Assembly (NCBI RefSeq): GCF_009834535.1
Contig: NC_045696.1
Location: forward strand, 20,214,001 to 20,278,000
Length of the DNA stretch: 64,000 bases
Origin: Camelus ferus
Lineage: Eukaryota
Direction: 5' to 3'
The notes under the pieces were generated by a model. The model did no database searches, had not been told where the DNA came from, and saw only the letters and a program-made list of their open reading frames with translations. Positions within the stretch are counted from its first letter, which is position 1; every line of letters begins with the position of its first letter. The position numbers and the translations under genes were made by a program. Shown in pieces: positions 25,256-39,120 of the stretch.

Positions 25256-26330
25256 TATATCCATTTGTGATAGGAAAAATAAGTAAATTCCCTAATTATA
25301 GGATAAGAGATATAATACAAAAATTAAAAACAAAAAACATAACAGAAGATAGCTATATATTTTCTACACTTTTTAAACTACAATTTTTGGGCCTCAGAGT
25401 CTATTTTTCTGTATCTTCCAATTTTTAAGTATAGAACTTTGAGCGAAGATTACCTCATGTTCATTATATGATTACTTTGAAAAATGTAGAGAGCTCTATC
25501 ACATAGCAATTGTGTAAAATTTTACTTTGTATAACTACTTAAAAATTGCTTTTCCTACCTCATAGAGCATGCATATTTAAAATTATGAGTCTAAAAATGA
25601 AAAAGCAATTTAAAATGTGTCCTGTTTTTAAATAGAAGGTGGCAGAGTTTATCAAAATGTATTTTCAGTGTCCTCTGACTATATTTTGATAGCTCACTTA
25701 CTTTAGTGTCCAGAAGATGAGAGTATGAAAAAATGAAGAAGAAAAGTTAAAATTTCTGAAATATTTTTCAAGAGAAGAAAACGTATGTTTTTCTCCCCTT
25801 GCTAAGTTGCTTCTAGTATTATGCTGAGTATATTAAGCATAATTTTACCCTGAATATATCTTTACTTTTTCTGATTTTAAATATCATATATAACTCAAAA
25901 CCAAACAATAAAAATATATAAAAAAGAAAGTAAGATATACGCTGATATCAGTATCCATCTAGAAGTAAACATTGCTATGTATACATTGGTATATATACTT
26001 TATAGATTTATGTTTTTTATTAACAAATAAAAATATACACTTATTAATTTTAAACAAATGTAGGCTCTAATCTACATGCTGTTTGCATTTTTGTGTTTAA
26101 AAGTACACCGTGGTCAGTGGTTCATACACGTGATTAGATATGCACAGATGCACGTGTATATATATTTGCAATGTTTATGTATCTTTGCACTACTGTTTCA
26201 TTTGTATCTCAGGAGATCAGACCATCAGTGGAAATGGGATATGTACCTTGTTTAACCTCAATAGATACTGCCAAGTGGCCCTCAGAAAAGTTGACCTGAC
26301 TTCACATTCATACCCTTTGCAATTCTGGCT

Positions 26331-26688
26331 TGTCTTCATCAGTTCAGGCTCTTATAACTGAATGCAATAGACTGGGTGGTTTATGAAAATGGAAATTTAC
26401 TTTTCACTGTTCTGGAGACTGGGAACTAAAGATCAAGGTGCCAGCAGGTTTACTGTCCCCTGAGAAGCAGCTTCGTGGTTGGTAGACAGTTGTCTTTCCA
26501 CTGTAATCTCATGGCAGGAGGAAGAGGCAGCACTCTGGGGTCCTTTTATAGGGACACTAGCTCATCATGAGGGCTTCACCCTCATGATCTAATCACATTC
26601 CAAAGATTCCACCTCTAAACACCATCACATTGGGTATTAAGCTTTATCATATGCATTTTGAGGGGGATGCAAATGTCAGTCTATAGTA
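26331..26688 (-). mobile_element. MaLR LTR (MLT1A-like)
   Basis: agactgggtggtttatg...gttctggagactgggaa...gatcaaggtgccagcag...ccctcatgatctaatcac...gtcagtctatagta. Confidence 0.88.
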
Positions 26689-26689
26689 A

Positions 26690-28203
26690 TAAGGATTGCA
26701 TTGATCTGTGGATTGCTGTGGGTAGTATGAACATTTTAACAGTATTAGGTCTTTTAATGCATGAATATGAGACATCTTACATTTATTTTAGTCATCCTTA
26801 ATTCTTTCATTATGTTTTTTTAGTTTTCCATATACAAGTATTTTCAACTACTTAGGAATAAATCTAAATTTATATTTAAGTATTTTATTTTATTTATTTT
26901 GGGGGGTGGGAGGAGGTAATTAGGTTTATTATTTATTCTTAGAAGAGGTACTAGAGATTGAACCCAGAACCTAATGCATGCTAAGCATGCACTCTACCAC
27001 TTGAGCTATACCTCCCCCAGTATTTTACTCTGTTTGATGCTATTGTATATGCAGTTATTTTCATAATGCCCTTTTGGATAGTTTATTTTTAGTGTATAGA
27101 AATGCAACTTCTATTTGTATGTAGATTTTGTATCCTGCAAATGCACTGATTTTGTCTGCTCTAACACTTTCTTGATGTATAGTGTCTTCAGGGTTTTCTA
27201 CATACAAGATCATGTCACCCGCAAACAGAAGTAATTTTATTTTGGGTGCCTTTATTTCTTTTCCTTGCCTAATTTCTCTGTCTAGGACTTCTAGTACTAT
27301 GTTGAGTAGAAGTGTTGAGAGTCGGTATCTTTGCCTTGTTTCTGAACTTAGAAGAAAAACTTTCAGTTTTTCATTATTGAGAATGATGTGAGCTTGTGAG
27401 CTTTTTATATACGGTCATTATTATGTTGAGATAAATTCCTTCTATTCCTAGTTTGCTTAAATTTTTATCACGAAGGAATGATGAATTTTGGCAAATGCTT
27501 TTTCTGCATTTATTGAGATGATTATGTGGTTTTTATCCATCATTCTGTTAATGTGCTGTATCACATTAATTCATTTGCATATGGTAAGCCATCCCAAGGA
27601 TAAATCTTAAGTGATCATGATGTATGATCCTTTAAATGTGTTGTTGAATTAAATCTCATAGTATTTCATTAAGGATATTTTGTGTCTATGTTCAATAAGA
27701 ATATTGGCCTGCAGTCTTCATTTTTTGTAGTGTCTTTGTCTGCCTTTAGTATCAGGGTAATGCTGGCCTCATAAATTGAGAATGAAAATCTTCCTCTTCA
27801 TTTTTTTTTTTTTTGAAAGAATGTGGAATGTGATAAGGATTGGTGATGATTGTTTTTACATGTTAGATAGAATTCACCAGGAAAGCCATCTGATCCTAGG
27901 CGTTTTTTGTTGGGAAGTTTTAGATTACTGATTTAATCTCTTTCTTCTTTCTTGATCTTTCCAGATTTTGTATATTCTCATCATTCAGACTGAGTAAGAT
28001 GTGTTTATAGCAATTTATCCATTTCTCCCATGTTATGCAATTTGATGGTGTCTAACTGTTCATAGTAGTCTCTTGTAATCCTTATATTTCCATGGCACGA
28101 ATTATAATGTTTCCTCTTTCATTTATGACTTCACTTACTTCTCTTTTTTCTCATTCTAGCTCAAGATTTACCAATTTTTTTTCTCTTCAAAAATCAGACT
28201 CAG
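26690..28203 (-). mobile_element. Older L1 ORF2 internal fragment (RT region), interrupted by a SINE
   Basis: Continuous antisense ORF2 (gattttgtatcctgcaa, tcagggtaatgctggcctcata, gaattcaccaggaaagccatctg) with many substitutions. Confidence 0.9.
26888..27018 (-). mobile_element. tRNA-Ala-derived SINE, camelid vic-1-like
   Basis: Minus strand gggggaggtatagctcaagtggtagagtgcatgcttagcatgcattaggttctgggttcaatctctagtacctc, with Pol III A and B boxes and an A-rich tail. TSD agtatttta at 26879-26887 and 27019-27027. Confidence 0.88.
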
Positions 28204-30135
28204 CTTATCAATGAATTCAGTCAAGTTGCAGGATACAAAATTAATATACAGAAATTAGTTGCATTTCTATACACTAACAATGAAATAGCAGAAAAAGAAA
28301 TTAAGGAAACAATCTCATTTACCATTGCATCAAAAATACTAAAATACCTAGGAATAAATCTACCTAAGGAGGCAAAGGACCTGTACTCTGAAAACTGTAA
28401 GACACTGACAAAAGAACTAAGATGACACAAACAGATGAAAAGATATGCCATATTCTTGGATTGGAAGAATCAATGCTGTTAAAACAGCCATAAAATCCAA
28501 GGCAACATACAGATTCTATGCAATCTCTATCAAATTACCAATGACATTTTTCACAGAACTGGAACAAAAAATGCTAAAATTTCCATGGAAACACAAAAGA
28601 CCCTGAATAGCCAAAACAATCTTGAGAAAGAAGAATGGAGCTGGGGGAATCACACTTCCTGACTTCAGACTATACTGCAAAGCTACAGTAATCAATGCAG
28701 TGTGATACTGGCACAAAAACAGACACATAGATCAATGGAACAAGATAGAAATTCCAGAAATAAACCCATACACTTATGGCCAATTAATCTATGACAAAGG
28801 AGGCAAGAATACACAATGGAAAAAAGACAGTCTCTTTAATAAGTAGTGCTGGGAAAACTGGACAGCTGCATGTAAAAGAATGAAATTAGAACATTCTCTA
28901 ACACCATATATAAAAATGAACTCAAAATGCATTAAGGATCTAAATGTAAGACCAGATACTATAAAACTCCTAGAGGAAAACATAGGCATAACACTCTTTG
29001 ACACAAATTGCAGCAATATTTTTTTTGGATGTATCTCTTAGAGTAATGAAAATAAAAGCAAAAATAAACAAATGGGACCTAACTAAACTTAAAGGCTTTT
29101 GCACAGAAAAGTAAACCATATACCAAACAAAAAGACAACCTATAGAATGAGAGAAACTATTTGCTAATGATGCAAGTGACAGGGGGCTAATTTCCAAAAT
29201 ATACAAACAGCTCATACAGCTGAATATCAAAAAACAAACAACCCAATCAAAAAATGGGCAGAGGACCTAAATAGACATTTCTCCAAAGAAGACAGCCAGA
29301 TGGCCAACAGACACTTGAAAAGATGCTCAATGTCACTAATTATTCAAGAAATGCAAATCAAAACTACCATGTCACACACCAGTCACAATGGCCAACATTA
29401 AAAAGTCTACAAACAATAAATGCTGAAGAGGTTGTGGAGAAAAAGGAGCCTTCTTACACTGTTGGTGGGAATGTAAATTAGTGAAGCTACTATGGAGGAC
29501 AGTATGGAGGTTCTTTGAAAAACTAAAAATAGAGTTACCATATAATACAGCAAACCCACTCACAGGCATATATCAGGAGAAAATTAAAATTTGAAAAGAC
29601 ACATACACCCCAACGTTCATAGCAGCACTATTTACAATAGTCAAGATAAAGAAACAACCTAAATGTCCATTGACAAATGATTGAATAAAGGTGGTATATA
29701 AACACAATGGAATATTATTCAGCCACAAAAAGAATGAAATAATGCCATTTGTAGTAACATGGATGGACCTCAAGATTATCATATTAAGTGAAGTCAGACA
29801 GACAGAGATAAATTTATGATATTACTTCTATGTGGAATATAAAAAAAAAAAAAAAAACACAAATTTTACTTACAAGCCAGAAATAGACTCACAGACACAG
29901 GAAACAAACTCTGGTTATCCAGAGGGAAGGGGGACAGGGATAAATTAGGACTTTGGGATTAACAGATATACACTACTTTACATAAAATAGATAAACAAAA
30001 AGGACCTACTGTATAGCACAGGTAACCATATTCAATTACTTAGAATAAGCTATAATAGAAAAGAATCTGAAAATATATGTATATGTATAACAGAATCACT
30101 TTGCTGTACCCCTGAAACTAACATTGTAATCATAC
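28204..30135 (+). mobile_element. 5'-truncated LINE-1 (3' half of ORF2 plus 3'UTR, poly-A lost)
   Basis: Begins at the [22 protein letters not shown] region and runs through ORF2, with stops and frameshifts, to 3'UTR ...cctgaaactaacattgtaatc. Confidence 0.95.
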
Positions 30136-30597
30136 TGCTAAGTGAAAGAATGCTGTCTGAAAAGGCTGCTAATTTTAACTATATGCCATTCTGAAAAAAG
30201 TAAAAGTATAGAGACAGTAACAGATAAGTGGTTGCTCAGTGTTTAGGAAGAGAGCAGAAGGGATGAGTACGTGGATCAGAGGAGATTTTTAAAACTGAAA
30301 CTACCTTGTATGATATTGTAATGGTGGATACATAACATTATACATTTGTTAAAACCAGCAGAAATACAGAACAAAGTGAATTGTAATATAAACTATGAGC
30401 CTTAGTTAATAGTAATGCATCATCATTTTTCATCACTTTTTATCAACTGTAACAAATGTACCAGCCTAACATTAAATATAGTAAAAACTGTAAAGGCAGA
30501 GAGGAGAGTAGAAATGGATACATGCAAATTCTTTGTACTTTCTGTTCAATTTTTCTATAAAAGAAAAACTTCTAAAAATAAAGTATATTAATTAAAA
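30133..30597 (+). mobile_element. Ancient L1 3'UTR (L1MC-like)
   Basis: gctaagtgaaagaa...tctgaaaaggct...gtatgatattgtaatggtggatacat...ctaaaaataaagtatattaa. Confidence 0.8.
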
Positions 30598-30635
30598 GCT
30601 GAAGGAGGAGGAAAAGTTAAAGGAGAAGAAACTGA

Positions 30636-31189
30636 AATAATGACACCCATATTCTCTAAAAATGTCAGTTGTCTTAACTCTGCAACATGTGAATTGTTAT
30701 TTTACTTTGCAAGAGGGACTCTACAGATGTGATTAAGGTTAGGTTTATCAAGATAGGGTGATTACCCCAGATTATCCAGGTGATTTCAAAATAATCACAT
30801 AAACTCTTGAACAATGAAGAATATTTCCTGGCTTGAGTCAGAGAGGTACTATAGAATAAGAGGTAGGAGAGATTCAAGCATGAGAGGGACTCAACCTGCC
30901 ATTGTTGGTTTTAAATATGGAGGAAGAGGAGTCCCGAGCTGAGGGATGTAGGAAAGGCTACCGCTGACAACCACAAAAAACTGAATTCTTCTAACAACTT
31001 GAATGAAAAGGAAACGGATTCTCCTCTAGGGCCTCCAGAAGGAATGCGGCAGTATTGACACCTTGATTTTAGCCCACTGACTCCAGTGTCAAAATTCCAA
31101 CCTATAGAACTGCAATATAATAAATATGGATTATTTCAAGCTGCTAAAAATGTAGTAATTTGCTTTGGCAGCAACAGGGAACTAATACA
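30636..31189 (+). mobile_element. MaLR LTR (MLT1D-like)
   Basis: gggactctacagatgtgattaag...gattatccaggtg...ttctcctctagggcctccagaagg...gcagcaacagggaactaataca. Confidence 0.85.
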
Positions 31190-33038
31190 GAGACTAATTG
31201 AATTTATTTTATCATTCTCAAAACACAAAAAGGATGAACTCTCTCAATTGGAATGGATGTGCATCCAATTTCAGTGTTTCTAACTGAAGCACTTTATTTT
31301 TTGCCCACAGCATATTTTTCTTATGTTTTCCTTACATTTCTTATAAAATAATGTGTATTATATTATATTACAATAAAAATGTTTTATATTTCTTATATTA
31401 TTTCTTTCTAGTTTTTCATGGATACATGTTTATCTAAATAAATGTATAGAAAAATGGGTTGGAAGAAAAATCTTCAATGCACTTGATAGGCACCTCAGAG
31501 AAGCATATGGAATTGGGAAAGGAGAATGAAAGGACTAATAATGTAATATAAGACAAATTCAAAACAAAGAAATATAAAACAAAACCCTTACAAGCTCAAT
31601 TCAATTCTATGCAACTATAGATCTCAAGAGTGAAATAAGAAAACAAGAAATTACATTAAGATTGGATTTTTTAGATATTATACCATTTTGAATGCTGGAG
31701 TTGCACAATCACAAAACATGTTCTCAAGTTAAATTATGCTTCTTCATTTATGGAGAAGTTGAGGATTAAACAAAGAAATATCCCTTTGAGGTAACACATA
31801 TTCATCTTCTTTTAAAACATTGATTCATATATGAATTAGATCTTTAATATATTTTTCCAGATGCCTTATCCAGGGGTTAAGTATATTATCGTGTTAAATA
31901 CAATATGTGTAGTTAAAACTCTCAGGTTAGATACTCAGATCTGGCAGTTGGCTGAAGCACAAGCTTAGTCAAATCTTTGCACATTTCTTATTCTTAGTTT
32001 ATGCATTGTCTGTCACTGAAGGTAATGTATATTAAAGTACATTATAGACTATAAAGTCCAGAGCACTCTGTAAATCTAATTCTTCCTATCAGGCACTATA
32101 TTAACTGTGCCATTACTGTAAATGAAAATAGTTACTTTATATTTTTTCTCTCATTTTGCTACTGAACTAATTAATATTTCCCCATGGTGATTAATTTCTA
32201 GCTGATCCAGGACATATTTCATACTGATACTTAATGACATACTAATTTAGGGGACTTGCTTCTACTTCAAATTATCTACAAGTCCACTTCTTATCAGAAT
32301 AAATGGGCAGTAAATACAGGAATTTCCTTATTTCACCACTCTCAGCCCCATCTCCATGTAATCTACTGCTATGCTCCATATAGACACAGCCATGCACTGT
32401 GATCACACTCTAAAATGATCTCATCTATCTACAGATTTTGCTTACAATTTGACTTCTTCCCCATAAAAATGTAAGCCCCATAAGAACAGAGAGATTTTTA
32501 GTTTTATATGCCAATTAATAAATGTATGCAGAATATATGTCACACTATGCAAATAAATAATTTATACATATTGAAATAACAAGATATTCTATAATGCTGC
32601 ACAGGCCAAAACTGTAATTTGCATACATATTTCTCAGAGCTTGTTAGAAAATCTGGTATCGAGGCTTAACTCAGTCTTTAAGGAGTATCCCAAGCTATAG
32701 TGAAGCCAGTGTCCATGACCTCACTCTCAGTATTGATATCACCACTGAAATGAGTATTGAATCAGACTTCTGACACCCTTTTCAGCCTTCAAATGCAAAA
32801 TATTTGATACTAGTGGCAGTTGCATCCAGGCTTGGATTTTCCATTCATACAATAGTATTAAAATAAATACCATATTTGCTATCAAATGACAATGAGGATT
32901 TGGGCCTAGAATAGCTTTATTCCAACTTTATTTTTAATATATTCAATTTATTTAAACTTAAAAAAATAGTTCACTCATTTCTCCATCCCCACACCCTGCC
33001 TCTTGCAACTCTTGCAACCACCATTCTTATCTTTGTAT

Positions 33039-33365
33039 TGTCCACCAAAAAAAAAATGACTGAAAAATATGAAACCTGAAAGTTGAGAATTATGTTTTAT
33101 TTGGCAGATTTGCTGAGGACTCAATCCTGAGAAGCCGGCTCTCAGAATCTCTGAGGGACTGTTTCAAAGAGGTAAGGGAGGAGTCAGGATATACTGAAGT
33201 TTAAAAAAAAACCCAAAAGCCCAAAACAGGTAGTGGGATCATCAAAAGACTACTGTTAAATAAAGAAAGCCAGGCATCTCAAGTTAGTGAATTTAGCGCT
33301 TTCCTATGTATGGGGAGATGCAATCATTCCTTTGATATGCACCTTAACTATCTAGGGCCTACAGC
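33039..33365 (-). mobile_element. Partial ERV1 LTR (3' part), same family group as 20526-21019
   Basis: The reverse complement shares blocks cccatacatag(g)aaagc, aacttgagatgcctgg, cagtccctcagag and tgccaaataaaacataa with the 20526 LTR. Confidence 0.85.
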
Positions 33366-33879
33366 CTAGTGGGACAGTTTTTTTTTTTTAAACAATTGCT
33401 TTAAAAAGTCTGTCATATAGAACGATCTGGAACATACTGCATCAAAATGTTCCTTGTGGATGCCACTGTATTTTTTAAATTTTAATTTATTTGTTCTGTT
33501 TTATTTTTTAATAAAGTATTATTCAAGAAAAATAGTGTAAAATTAAAGGGAAAATAGAGTAAATTTCACTTAATTTGGTATTTTTGAATAAAATACTTAC
33601 CTTCCCTTCGACCCTGGTACCACCTGATATCCCTTGGAACTTGTTTGAATCATAGAATAATTATCTTTGACTATGTAGAAGCAAAAACAAAGGATAAAAA
33701 TTCTAAAAATTAAACATAACAACAATAGCAAAATCTGGGTGGGAAGGATTCCTAAACTCAAATCTCCACAGGGGTCTTGTTGGATATTTAAGTGGGTAAA
33801 ATAAGCTGGGTTTAAGGCTAGGCAACTAGACATTTGCTAGGCAACTAGACACCATGGTGGGCACTGCCAACCAAGGCAA

Positions 33880-34092
33880 GCAGTCACAACTCAATTGCAG
33901 CCAAGTGTTGGCAGGTTAAAGATAGCATTCATTGCCACCAGCACTTGCGGTTTTTCAAGAGAAGTTGTATTTTTGTACATTTATGTGAAATCTTCCAACT
34001 TGTAAATGTTAGTTGTAACTCCTTTTAAACACTATAAAAACCAAACATATCTGTAGAATAGATATGTTCCTCATACAGGCAGTTGCATCTCT
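33880..34092. mobile_element. hAT-Charlie MITE fragment (MER103-like)
   Basis: ttttcaagagaag...tttatgtgaaatcttccaacttgtaaatgttag...aaacac...catatctg. Confidence 0.55.
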
Positions 34093-35269
34093 TTTATTAA
34101 GGATCAAGGCCAAAAACTTAAGCCACAAAGTGGCAGTAAACAAGAAAATGCCTCTTGAGGCCACTCAAGAGGCTGTGGCACTGGACTGGCTCTGCAGTGA
34201 TTCTGCTTTATTTTTTATACAATTTATGTTTATATGACTGGAAAATAACGTTTGCTTAGAGGATTCAGGGTTGGTGTTTATTTACAAATATTCAGAATAT
34301 CAAGTGTAACTCCATTGTAGACAATTTATAGCTGGAAGTGTTGAGTGTGTGAAATTGTAGAAATAAATTGCAGCTGCAACTGGAGCAGAATGGAAATAGG
34401 AACAAATATAATAACCGTGCTGTTCAATGGAATCATACTCAAGGATATCAGACTTTCTATTTCACTCCAGTAAAACTTAATTTGTGGTACAGCATTTTAT
34501 CGTGAGCATCTCATTATGACTTTGGTATATTTCTGTGGATGCTTGAAGGAGACTAGCAAGAACAGGGTTCAAAGGATGTCATTTACTTCTAAAAAAAAGA
34601 TGGAAAAGGCACAGCTTCTAAATGTGATTTCTGAAAAAAAAATCATAGAAGTATATGACTGTTTGAATGTTCAGGATCATTAAGGGATCACTGAGTACTT
34701 AATAATGCTTAACTGAACAAACAAAAAGAAATAAAAATTAAGGGAAACCATCTTGTTTTCATAAGGAATGCACTAATTGCTCTAAATTTTATCTTTCTTT
34801 GATGTATATGGTTCTTCAATAGATGGGTCTTTTGATCCATTTACAATGCGCATAAATAGAGACAAAAAAGTACAATAGGCAATGGGAGAAAAGGAAAGCT
34901 TGAGCAGGTTTGTGCTAGCAAACATTTTCAGTAGTCTGCAAGTAGAAATCCTCCCTCCCATCACACGGTGCCAGATGCCGCTTTGTCTGAAGCCACGAGC
35001 TGTGGTGCATCCCCACGGTGCTATAAACAAAATCAAACCTGGCACTGTTATCACAGTTACAGAAACAGCTATGCTAAATAGCTCTGTGCTGTGAAAATGT
35101 GTGGGGTCTATATGCAAAACCTTCACTATATTCAATTTTTTCAAACACTTGATTAAATTGCCCATTAAAGAATGAGCCACAATAACATAGTAAGAAAAAC
35201 CAGCCTTAAAGCACAAGAATATACAGTGAGCACATTCAGCAATAGTCTTTTTATTCCACCCCGTAATTA

Positions 35270-36187
<918 letters not shown>

Positions 36188-37046
36188 AAAAGTACATGCA
36201 TGCATATATTATATTTATAAATATATATGTTCAAGTGAAATATGAATATTATAGTTGATTCAAGCTCTAAATAATCTAATTTTCCCATGGAAGAACTTAT
36301 ATTTAACTTCAAAGAACTATTATTCCATTGTTCCTTCTCATACTCTATTGTCTTTCTTTGGAATATTTTGACTAAATTGATTAGCTGAGTATATTGTCTA
36401 TATTAAGTATTGATTCTGCATATTTTTCATTGTATTGGTAAAGCAGACATACACTTTCTTTTCCAAGTTATCAGTATAAGTTTGATCACAGGCATTTATT
36501 GGATAATTCATTTCTTTGGAAGACTGAGTTAATGAATACTTAAGATAAACAGATTATCCTGTAAGACCAAAGAAATTTTAATAAAATGCTGGCATGACTC
36601 TGTCCCCATCTTATGAAATATCTGAAGATATTTCAAACTCAACTTAACTACATTTCTTTTTTACTTTTTTCTTTTCCTCAGTGGGCCATTGGCATTGTCT
36701 TTTGTCTAGCAGTGTTTTTCCCATCTTGTGATTAAGGTATAGTTAGATAACTAAGTCTGGGTCCTTTCGGGCCCATTCATCTTTCCGCAGTTTTACAGAG
36801 AAAGTACCTGGCTGTAATGTGGAATACAGAGGAAGATATGAATGAATGTCACCAATAGCCTTTTGAAACAAGATTCTGGGTGGTACTTAACATCATCTAT
36901 CTACACATTTTTGTAGTGGCAAATGACTGCTGCTATATACCCCAAGATGCAAATTGCTCTTGTAATAATGTAATAATGACCTTTAAGGAAAACAACTTTT
37001 ATATATCTGTCAACTTCATTTACTGCTCACTGCTCCTGTTCCTTCT

Positions 37047-37450
37047 TGTAGCAGGTATTCGTAATGCCTTACCCAGATTTTCTTTACCAGGCTAGTATCC
37101 CCACTAACAGTTGCTGTACGTGTTGAAAGTTAACGGCTCATACTTGCATCTATCACTCAGAATTGCCCACAATGGGGCAGTGCTTTGGGAGTGTTTTAGT
37201 CTCTCCCCCACCCCCTCTCATACTCTGATCAATGACTCAGTGACTCAACTCAATCCCCTTACTTCTGAGTGGGGTTTAAGCTCCAAAGCTACTCATGAAA
37301 TCAGATGAGGCTACCTTTCACCTGAGTCCTCATCTTCTTCTCCTATCTTTCTCTCAATTCTTTTTAAGTTTCTCCTGAAAAGACTCTCTAAAATCACTTG
37401 CATATGTATCTATGTCTCAGACTTTGCTTCTGAAGAACATTGCCTTAGAC
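37047..37450 (+). mobile_element. Ancient ERVL LTR (LTR16-like)
   Basis: tgtagcagg...tttctcctgaaaagactctctaaaatcacttgcatatgtatctatgtctcagactttgcttctgaagaac...agaca. Confidence 0.65.
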
Positions 37451-39120
37451 ATACCTGTTTATCTGGAAGATGCTTATGAAAAGGATGGGGCTAATGAATA
37501 AGTTGATAAGACTAACTCAAGAATAGTTAACAAATATAATCATAAGCTTAGTAGACTTTAAGCAATATGATTTTTGGTAGAATAAATATTTTTGATTTTC
37601 ACTTGACATGGAAATTCTAAGTGAAGTAATTTTCTTGAGATTCTTAAAGCCAACTAATCTTGGTTTTCCTGGCAATCCAGGAAAACAGCAACTACTAAGG
37701 TTTTATAAACTGCAGGACAGGGCAGTTATGGTAAAACAATTCATAAAGACATTATGAGAGGGTTGGGATGTGATGCCTATGCTAAAAATCAGTTGCAACA
37801 ATTTATTATACAGGGTTTCTAAAAAGGTTCCAATTAAGCATTGGTATTCTGAGAACTTCTGCTGATAGTCAATGCCATTCTCTAGAATCTCGAGTCTAGA
37901 TAAGCAATGGGATTTAGGCACTAGCTGAGAGATTTGGGAAAATTGATGTTTCAGTCAACTTTACTTACATTCTCTCTAAGGATTGTATTGGGAGGAAAAA
38001 AAGTTAAATTTAACTCCTACTTTATCAATTCCCTTCTTTTTTTCCCCTACCTATTCTTATTACCTTCTAAATAGCAGCAGCTATCTTTATTTATCAATTC
38101 CAATTCTGTCCTCGCTCACTCTTTCTCCCATTTTTATGATATGGGATAATTCTGCAGTCTCTATAAGTGAGCCTATGCCACAGGAACTCCCTTCATAAAA
38201 CACACAGAACTGTGTTTCCAAAACTGGGAGTGGATGTGTTTCTGAAAGCGGTCATCAACAGTCTGATAGGGGTCAAGCCTGGGAAGAAGATATCTATAAA
38301 TTTGGGAAAATTGGTGGTGGGCTTTGTGACAACAACAAGAGTAAGTAGTCTGGGAAGCTGCTGCAAAGCTCTTTTTAAAGATGCTTTCATAGGGCAGTCT
38401 ATTCTGTCTTTGTTTTTTATTTAATACCTGACTATATAATTATAAAATTTTAAAGGATATGTAAAAAATTAGTTTGAAATTTTGTGGTGTCAGAAAGAAT
38501 CAGCCTGATTTTTGAAACATGCAACATTGTATAGGTAATTCAGACTGAATTTTCAATCTGTTAAACCTTTGGTATAATGACCGTCAGGGAAGAATGAAGG
38601 AGCCACGTTTTTTAATTGGTCTTTTCTAATGGGGTGATACTTTAAGGCTCATAGTTTTTATATGGTACATGCAATTTTAACTGCTGCTCTATTGTTTTAT
38701 GTATTCTAATTTAACACCTTACATGTTTCACTTGGATCCTTAAACTGATCTAACCATGAAGGACATAGTATTATAAACTGAAGATTGGCTAAGAGAAAGA
38801 TATAAGGGATTCAAGGGAGAAGCAGAGAATGTAAGTATATTCAGGAAGGTTAAAGCCCAGAATTAACTGAGACCTTTATGGAAAGTGAAGGGCAAAGCAG
38901 CTACTTTGGAACAGTTCAAAGCATGAAAAAAAGTATCATTGTGGTGTGAGTTGTATTTTTAATAAAGGACAGATGTAGAGGATTACTTGATTATATTTTG
39001 TTTCTATCTTCGCTGTCCAAAATAATTAGCTTTAAATTAAAAATGATAGATTAAACATACTTAAGAGAAAAAAACTTACAAGCAATAAAATTAATAGTTT
39101 GAATGACAAAATAAAGTTTT

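Noticed and set aside
26945..27018. Functional tRNA-Ala gene
   Set aside because: It has a SINE tail and TSD, and its stems are mismatched, so it is a retroposed SINE.
26690..30135. Head-to-head L1 segments as one twin-primed insertion
   Set aside because: They overlap by several hundred nt in L1 coordinates yet differ at many positions. The minus copy is more decayed and there is no enclosing TSD, so two separate insertions fit better.
36757..36775. Small GC hairpin (tgggtcc-tttc-gggccca) as a terminator or structured RNA
   Set aside because: A 7-bp stem with a wobble pair is expected by chance, and there is no supporting context.
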